The position numbers and the translations under genes are program-made. Below are positions 59,559 through 64,000 of a stretch of 64,000 bases of DNA, piece by piece (positions within the stretch are counted from its first letter, which is position 1; each line of letters begins with the position of its first letter). The DNA comes from an uncultured Ruminococcus sp. GTDB lineage: Bacteria > Bacillota > Clostridia > Lachnospirales > Lachnospiraceae. The notes beneath the pieces were generated by a model that made no database searches, was not told the DNA's origin, and was given only the letters and a program-made list of their open reading frames with translations. The DNA is taken from assembly GCA_900541505.1 (NCBI GenBank), contig UQKK01000007.1, forward strand, positions 2,650-66,649. The letters are read 5' to 3'.

Positions 59559-59810
59559 TCATTCATGCATCTGCCCCTTCCTTCTTGCGCGCTCTGCTCG
59601 CTTACCGTATATATAGCCAAGCACAAAAATGTCACTCGCTGCAGCTAATGTGAACGAATACGGTCTTGCTTCGCTAATCTGTCGAACCTGTTTTCTCGCT
59701 TCATCATTCAGCCAAAAGATTTCAGAGCCGCGCTGCTCTCCCAACAGTCTCATTGTATCGTTCTTCTGATAAAGGCTCGGCGGGAGTTCTCTTCCATATA
59801 CATCTTTCAT
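59559..59810 (-). CDS. Small hypothetical protein of the satellite element
   Basis: 83 aa ORF with an AGAGGAAAT RBS. Followed by an overlapping 46-aa acidic ORF (59426-59566, ATGCATGAATGA overlap). Confidence 0.35.
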   Translation of the reverse strand: MKDVYGRELPPSLYQKNDTMRLLGEQRGSEIFWLNDEARKQVRQISEARPYSFTLAAASDIFVLGYIYGKRAERARRKGQMHE

Positions 59811-59896
59811 ATTTCCTCTTGCTCCTCTCCTCAAATTTCTGTTATTATGTAGCTGTATCCTTTCTAATGCCCTGCCCGGCTTTAGGGATATATCAC

Positions 59897-59935
59897 CCTG
59901 TAGGAAGTTATTGCTCCCTACAGGGCTTTTTTTTA
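59897..59935 (+). terminator. Hairpin + T8 (CCCTGTAGG-loop-CCTACAGGG TTTTTTTT)
   Basis: Perfect 9-bp stem followed by eight T on the plus strand. Lies just beyond the iteron block. Confidence 0.4.
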
Positions 59936-59989
59936 CGTTTAACTACATACATTGTAAACTTTATAGTTTACTCTTACTCGTCAACCACT

Positions 59990-60165
59990 CCTATATACAG
60001 TGGAGAAACCGTCCAGTACGGTGCAAACCCTTGTAAATACTGGGCTTCATTTACTCGGCGGTCACCGTCCAGTACGGTAACTTGTACTTGCGTACTCGGC
60101 GGTCACCGTCTAGTACGGTAACCCCTTGTAAAATAAGGCTTTTAACCGTACTCGGCGGTTTTCCC
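59990..60165. repeat. Iteron array (putative replication origin of the satellite)
   Basis: At least three direct repeats of ACTCGGCGGTCACCGTC(C/T)AGTACGGTAAC plus partial copies (CCGTCCAGTACGGTGCAAACCCTTGTAAATA / ...GTAACCCCTTGTAAAATA). Immediately 3' of the Rep ATPase gene. Confidence 0.6.
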
Positions 60166-61152
60166 AGTGTCTTTAAGAGCAATGATAAATTTCTTGGGTT
60201 TAAATCCTACAGACCACACCCTAGTGACATCATCTTTCTTCAATGCCGTTTTTGCGTCTTTTAATGCATGTTTACTGATACTGTTCGCCGCTGCCAATTC
60301 GTCCAGCTCTGAAACCTCCATTTCTTTGTGCTCCGTGAGTGTCTCAATGATAAACTCTTTCGCGTCTTCCACTACTGGACGAGTATTCCGATTCCGCACG
60401 TCCTCCTCTATAAACTCCCGGTCTTTCTTCGGTGTATAGGCTTTGAATACCGGGACGCACTCGTCAAGTTCGTACAAAACAGACCTCTCCAGTCTTCCCC
60501 AGTTTGATTTTTCATGCGATATATAGCGAATGTCACTGTCCTGTGTTATTCCAGTCATCAAGACCGACCTGGAAGAATCCCATATATCCGAGCTATCCGC
60601 TATCCGCTTCCTTCCCCACACACCAGACTGCTTATTTGCGTGCGCTATAATGATTGTTGTAAGTCCATACTTCTCACCGTAGCCTATCAGAGGGGAAAAG
60701 CACTTCCTCATGGCGTTTCTGTCTCCCATGCGTAAATTCGCAGGGACGAACGCCTGTAATGGGTCAAATACGATGACTCCCGGCTTATGCGTTTCGACAA
60801 TCTCCCGCAGCAGCTCCCCGTCAAAATTGAGGTCAACAAACCTGTCATCTTCTGGAGATATAAAACTGATACGCTCCAAGTCTGCGCCGTTCACCTCAAG
60901 CCTTGCCCGCAAAACATACGACCAGGAGTCTTCTGCTGATAACACAAGAACGTCCTCCGGCTCACTATTGAAGGGGACTTGTCCACCAAGGAGGAACGAC
61001 GGTCTCCCTGTCGTTATGCTCGCCACAAGAGAGCACCATATTGATGTCTTCCCTACACCGCCCTCGCCCGCTATGGTGGTGATTCCGTATCTGGGGATGT
61101 ACCCAGGTATGAGCCATTCCGGTTCTTTTATGCTTACTGCACTGGCTTTCAC
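60142..61152 (-). CDS. AAA_25 / RecA-like ATPase (plasmid/PICI RepA-type replication protein)
   Basis: Walker A TIAGEGGVGKTS, Walker B GVIVFDPLQA, AAA_25-like core. Upstream of the iterons. Confidence 0.7.
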   Translation of the reverse strand: MKASAVSIKEPEWLIPGYIPRYGITTIAGEGGVGKTSIWCSLVASITTGRPSFLLGGQVPFNSEPEDVLVLSAEDSWSYVLRARLEVNGADLERISFISPEDDRFVDLNFDGELLREIVETHKPGVIVFDPLQAFVPANLRMGDRNAMRKCFSPLIGYGEKYGLTTIIIAHANKQSGVWGRKRIADSSDIWDSSRSVLMTGITQDSDIRYISHEKSNWGRLERSVLYELDECVPVFKAYTPKKDREFIEEDVRNRNTRPVVEDAKEFIIETLTEHKEMEVSELDELAAANSISKHALKDAKTALKKDDVTRVWSVGFKPKKFIIALKDTGKTAEYG

Positions 61153-61169
61153 AATTGTCGGCGGCTTCT

Positions 61170-61697
61170 TTAGTTGTCTGGCTTTTCCTTTGTCGCAGAC
61201 AATGCCGTTTTTTTCTGCTTCAATAATTCTAATTTCTTGTTCAATAGCTTCAATTTCTTCGTCGATAGTCCCGATAGTCCCGTTTCTTGTTGCTTCCGTG
61301 ACTCATTCACCACCTTTCTTTTCAGATTTTCAAATTCCTTCACACATTGCCCTCTGTACCACTGTGCAGCACTCTTCATTTCCTTGTCATGCTCTTCCTG
61401 CCACTCTGACCGGACAGCCTCGTAATGTTTCCATGCCCTACGACACCCAAGACTTTCGAGCCGTGTGAGTGCGCCCTCTGCGAATCCCGGCGTTGTAATT
61501 TCATAACCGAGGATTTTCTTAAATGTACTCTTATAGAGCTTCATTCCAGGCACCAAGGACTCTATGAATGTTTCCGCATTTGTCTGACTGTCTGGTGCGC
61601 GAGGTTTCCACTCAAACATCTCCTCCAGTTTCCCGGACTGCTCCAGCATGTCCATTTCTGCGCAGATTTGAGCGAAAACATCGTTAGACACTCTCAT
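61170..61697 (-). CDS. Hypothetical protein (satellite replication/regulation module)
   Basis: 175 aa, no recognisable family, lysine-rich coiled C-terminus. Translationally coupled to the upstream HTH gene (ATGA). Confidence 0.45.
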   Translation of the reverse strand: MRVSNDVFAQICAEMDMLEQSGKLEEMFEWKPRAPDSQTNAETFIESLVPGMKLYKSTFKKILGYEITTPGFAEGALTRLESLGCRRAWKHYEAVRSEWQEEHDKEMKSAAQWYRGQCVKEFENLKRKVVNESRKQQETGLSGLSTKKLKLLNKKLELLKQKKTALSATKEKPDN

Positions 61698-61927
61698 GAC
61701 CTGCTCCTCTCTTTAAATGCTCTCATGCGCTCATGGTCGATGGCGTCCTCCGGCTTGAGCCCTAAAGCCCGGCAGACCTTCCCGAATCGCTCCATCTTAA
61801 CCATATATCCCTTGCGTACCCGGTACACAATACTGACAGATACCCCGGCTTTGTCCGCAATCTCCTGCGGAGACATGCAGGACGCCACCATTGCATTAAT
61901 AATCACTTCTACTCTTCCGCATACCAT
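61694..61927 (-). CDS. Small HTH DNA-binding protein (excisionase / regulator-like)
   Basis: 77 aa, SPQEIADKAGVSVSIVYRVRKG HTH. Confidence 0.5.
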   Translation of the reverse strand: MVCGRVEVIINAMVASCMSPQEIADKAGVSVSIVYRVRKGYMVKMERFGKVCRALGLKPEDAIDHERMRAFKERSRS

Positions 61928-62109
61928 GTTGTTTCCTCCTCTCTCATGCCAATGTCAGTGCAACCTTCATGACTCAACTGGTTAATAATGCCCCATGCTT
62001 GAAAATCACTGTATGCTGTCCGGGTGATTTTCCTGCCCTTATACTTCGCCGTTATAATATGTTTCATGTCCTGCTCCTTTCAAAAAATCCATGCCCTACG
62101 TGAGGATTT

Positions 62110-62331
62110 TTAATCTGAATCGGTTTCTTTGGTAACTTCTCCGCTTTTTGGTCTATGCCCGTGTCTATACGCATAAAGAGGGCACTTTTTCACAGTGCAT
62201 AGCCTAACTTCTCTTGTCTGCCCGTTACAGCAATCAAGGCACTTCGCCCGAATTGCTTTCATTGGTGTAAGCTTTGTCACATCCTGCTCCTTTCTGTTGC
62301 GATGTCGCAACAACTCATCTTCTGACCTCAT
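62110..62331 (-). CDS. Small zinc-ribbon protein
   Basis: 73 aa, CLDCC...CTVKKCPLYAYRHG four-Cys cluster. Start lies inside a 25-bp repeat (MRSEDE...). Confidence 0.45.
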   Translation of the reverse strand: MRSEDELLRHRNRKEQDVTKLTPMKAIRAKCLDCCNGQTREVRLCTVKKCPLYAYRHGHRPKSGEVTKETDSD

Positions 62332-62346
62332 GCCCTGCCCGCTATG

Positions 62347-62544
62347 TCAGATTTCTGTGTCAATAATTTCCGTTACATCTACGCCGAGAGCCTTGGCAAT
62401 CTTTCCGGCTGTCTCTGGTCTAATTCCTTTGCCTCCTATCGCGCTGCAAAGCGTTCCTTTTGCTATTCCAGCCGCCTCAAGGTCTTTCTGTCCCATGCAC
62501 GCCCTTGCTCTAGCAAGCTCATACTTCTGTCTATTGATTTTCAT
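62347..62544 (-). CDS. XRE-family HTH regulator (Cro-like), divergent from the cI-like gene
   Basis: MKINRQKYELARARACMGQKDLEAAGIAKGTLCSAIGGKGIRPETAGKIAKALGVDVTEII HTH_3. AGAGGTGA RBS. Confidence 0.6.
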   Translation of the reverse strand: MKINRQKYELARARACMGQKDLEAAGIAKGTLCSAIGGKGIRPETAGKIAKALGVDVTEIIDTEI

Positions 62545-62694
62545 TTTATTTTTTTCACCTCTCTTCTCTAACACACACTTTTGATTGTTACAATAACATT
62601 CTAACACCTTCATTTGATTGTGTCAACACGCAAACACAAACTTTTGATTGCGTTTCATAGGTCTGGATGTTATACTTATTTTGAGGTGAATAAA

Positions 62695-63171
62695 ATGGAG
62701 AACGGAAAAAATATAAAAGCTGCCCGCATTTACAGAGGACTAACACAACAAAAGTTGGGTGAGCTCTGCGGACTCGCAACCGGCACGATACAACAATATG
62801 AATTAAACAAACGAAATCCTAAAATTGAACAAGTTGCAAAAATAGCAGACGCGCTAAATCTGGCGTATAATATTTCAGGACATGGCGCAATATCTTTTTA
62901 TGACTTTGTAGATACAACCAACCCAGACTCAAAAGCCGTTGATTTCAATAATCAACAATTATCTTCTGCACCTGCTACCAAAGAAAAAAAAGAAGCTATG
63001 CAAAAAGAAATGCAAGAAATAATACGGAATGGCATTTCGATGGATTTGACAGCTAAAGAACTCAGTATTGTCAATAAAATGAAGGAGCTGAATGACGCCG
63101 GACAGGATAAGGCTGTTGAACAGGTGGAAATGCTTGCCAAAATCCCTGAATACCGCAAAGACGCCGAATAA
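62695..63171 (+). CDS. XRE-family repressor (CI-like)
   Basis: MENGKNIKAARIYRGLTQQKLGELCGLATGTIQQYELNKRNPKIEQVAKIADAL HTH_3 + ~100-aa C-terminal domain. GAGGTGAA RBS. Divergent from the Cro-like gene. Confidence 0.65.
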   Translation: MENGKNIKAARIYRGLTQQKLGELCGLATGTIQQYELNKRNPKIEQVAKIADALNLAYNISGHGAISFYDFVDTTNPDSKAVDFNNQQLSSAPATKEKKEAMQKEMQEIIRNGISMDLTAKELSIVNKMKELNDAGQDKAVEQVEMLAKIPEYRKDAE

Positions 63172-63232
63172 CCGCACCAATTTCATCTTCTGACCTCATG
63201 CCCTGCCCGGTAGAGAAAAGGAGAATGATAAC

Positions 63233-64000
63233 ATGGCACTGATAACATGCCCGGAGTGCTCCGGGAAGGTGTCTGATAAGGCATATTCTTGCCCTCATTG
63301 CGGTTATCCCATGAAAGACGGGATAAGCTCACCCTCACAACTGAAACGCCCAGGAAAGAGGCGTAAGAACGGTACAGGGACAATAGTAAAGTTATCCGGC
63401 AAGAGACGGAATCCCTTCCAGGTGCGTGTAAATACTCGCATTGATGAGTGGGGATATCCCCGGTATGATGTGCTGGGGACCTTCCCGGACCGTGTATCTG
63501 CGGACATTGCTCTCGCGGAGTACAATAAGAGCCCTTATGATGTCGGCAATAGAAAAAAGACGTTTGAAGAGGTCTTCCGCGAATGGTATAAGTGGAAGTA
63601 CAAGAAGTCTGTGGATACTCCAAGCAGAAAGACAAACTCTCAATACTGCTGCATAGCTGCTTATAAACACTGTGAGGCTTTGCACCATCGCAAATTGTCC
63701 GAGCTCACCGTTCTGGAGCTTCAAGCGACACTCGACCAGTACAACCTCTCACACTCTATGCTTGAGCACATTAAAACTCTGCTAAATCAGATGTACAAAT
63801 ATGCTCTGCAGTTTGAGATTGTGGATAAGAATCGCGCAGAGTTCGTCCAGATTACCAAAGAGGATGATACAGAGAAAGGCGTCCCTTTCACGAAGGAAGA
63901 ACGTCAAAAGTTATGGAATCACAAGGACGAGCCTTTTGTAGACACCATCCTAATTTACATTTATTCTGGCTGGCGTATCAATGAATTGGCAAGGATGCCG
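63233..64000 (+). CDS. int: Tyrosine-type site-specific integrase (3' end beyond the window). Missing from the ORF track because it is open at the edge.
   Basis: MALITCPECSGKVSDKAYSCPHCGYP (Zn ribbon) ...KRPGKRRKNGTGTIVKLSGKRRNPFQVRV (AP2-like N-terminal DNA-binding), then SAM-like core-binding region (...LQATLDQYNLSHSMLEHIKTLLNQMYKYAL). AAGGAG RBS. Confidence 0.75.
   Translation, partial: MALITCPECSGKVSDKAYSCPHCGYPMKDGISSPSQLKRPGKRRKNGTGTIVKLSGKRRNPFQVRVNTRIDEWGYPRYDVLGTFPDRVSADIALAEYNKSPYDVGNRKKTFEEVFREWYKWKYKKSVDTPSRKTNSQYCCIAAYKHCEALHHRKLSELTVLELQATLDQYNLSHSMLEHIKTLLNQMYKYALQFEIVDKNRAEFVQITKEDDTEKGVPFTKEERQKLWNHKDEPFVDTILIYIYSGWRINELARMP

Larger units (their letters stand above)
56530..64000. 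mobile_element. Integrative phage-satellite / PICI-like element (left end approximate, right end beyond the window). Order along the minus strand: cro-like, Zn-ribbon protein, HTH protein, hypothetical, Rep ATPase, iterons, small genes, scaffold, capsid, sigma factor. On the plus strand at the right edge: cI-like repressor, tyrosine integrase.
   Basis: Divergent XRE repressor pair, tyrosine integrase at the distal edge, AAA_25 Rep with downstream iterons, DUF4355 scaffold + major capsid. No terminase, portal or tail genes. Direct-repeat cluster at the inner boundary. Confidence 0.55.

Noticed and set aside
1-64000. CRISPR arrays, rRNA or tRNA genes
   Set aside because: No regularly spaced 25-40-bp direct repeats with unique spacers, and no rRNA-like or cloverleaf-forming tRNA-like sequences, were seen on either strand. 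The repeat sets found (iterons, 33-bp hairpin, trpC tandem) do not have CRISPR architecture.

Overview
This is a chromosomal segment from a Firmicutes / Clostridia-type genome (Lachnospiraceae-like gene content, roughly balanced GC with AT-rich islands). No rRNA or tRNA genes and no CRISPR arrays were seen. Gene order, left to right: the 5' part of guaA (minus strand); a MATE efflux pump; a small HPr-like protein. Then a carbohydrate-uptake locus: two ABC permeases and two lipoprotein solute-binding proteins, bracketed on both sides by YesM/YesN-type histidine kinase + REC-AraC response regulator pairs. Then spoIIID. Then a visibly AT-rich accessory island: a 3-TM hypothetical protein, a RelE/ParE-Phd/YefM toxin-antitoxin pair, a CmpB-like membrane protein with a coiled-coil tail, and an AAA+ ATPase with a DUF4143 domain. 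Then a complete trpEGDCFBA operon behind a Trp-specific T-box leader. Then a membrane H+/Na+-pyrophosphatase (hppA) and rpoN (sigma-54). Then a minus-strand cluster with a divergent LysR gene: YheO-like regulator, MFS transporter, Asparaginase_II-family protein, a membrane transporter, and an M20 amidohydrolase. Then glgB. Then a trehalose-type PTS operon (EIIBCA + GH13 phosphotrehalase-like) with a divergent GntR/TreR gene. Then metG behind a Met-specific T-box. Then a polyamine operon (speA-like decarboxylase, speE, speB, carboxynorspermidine dehydrogenase, nspC) behind a long unclassified structured leader. Then an OmpR-type response regulator + large sensor kinase pair. The right end (~56.5 kb to the window edge) is a compact integrative phage-satellite (PICI-like) element. 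It carries a sigma-70-family sigma factor, major capsid and DUF4355 scaffold genes, small genes, an AAA_25 Rep-like ATPase with downstream iterons, a Cro/CI-like divergent switch, and a 3'-truncated tyrosine integrase. The observations I rate highest are: (1) a ~125-nt structured RNA element present twice, in the metG and speA 5'UTRs just downstream of their leader terminators, with compensatory base changes; (2) the capsid- and sigma-encoding satellite element; (3) a 33-bp GC-rich repeat with two mutually exclusive hairpins at the rpoN transcription start and just upstream of the HPr-like gene; (4) the AT-rich TA / membrane / AAA-DUF4143 island as a candidate defence locus.
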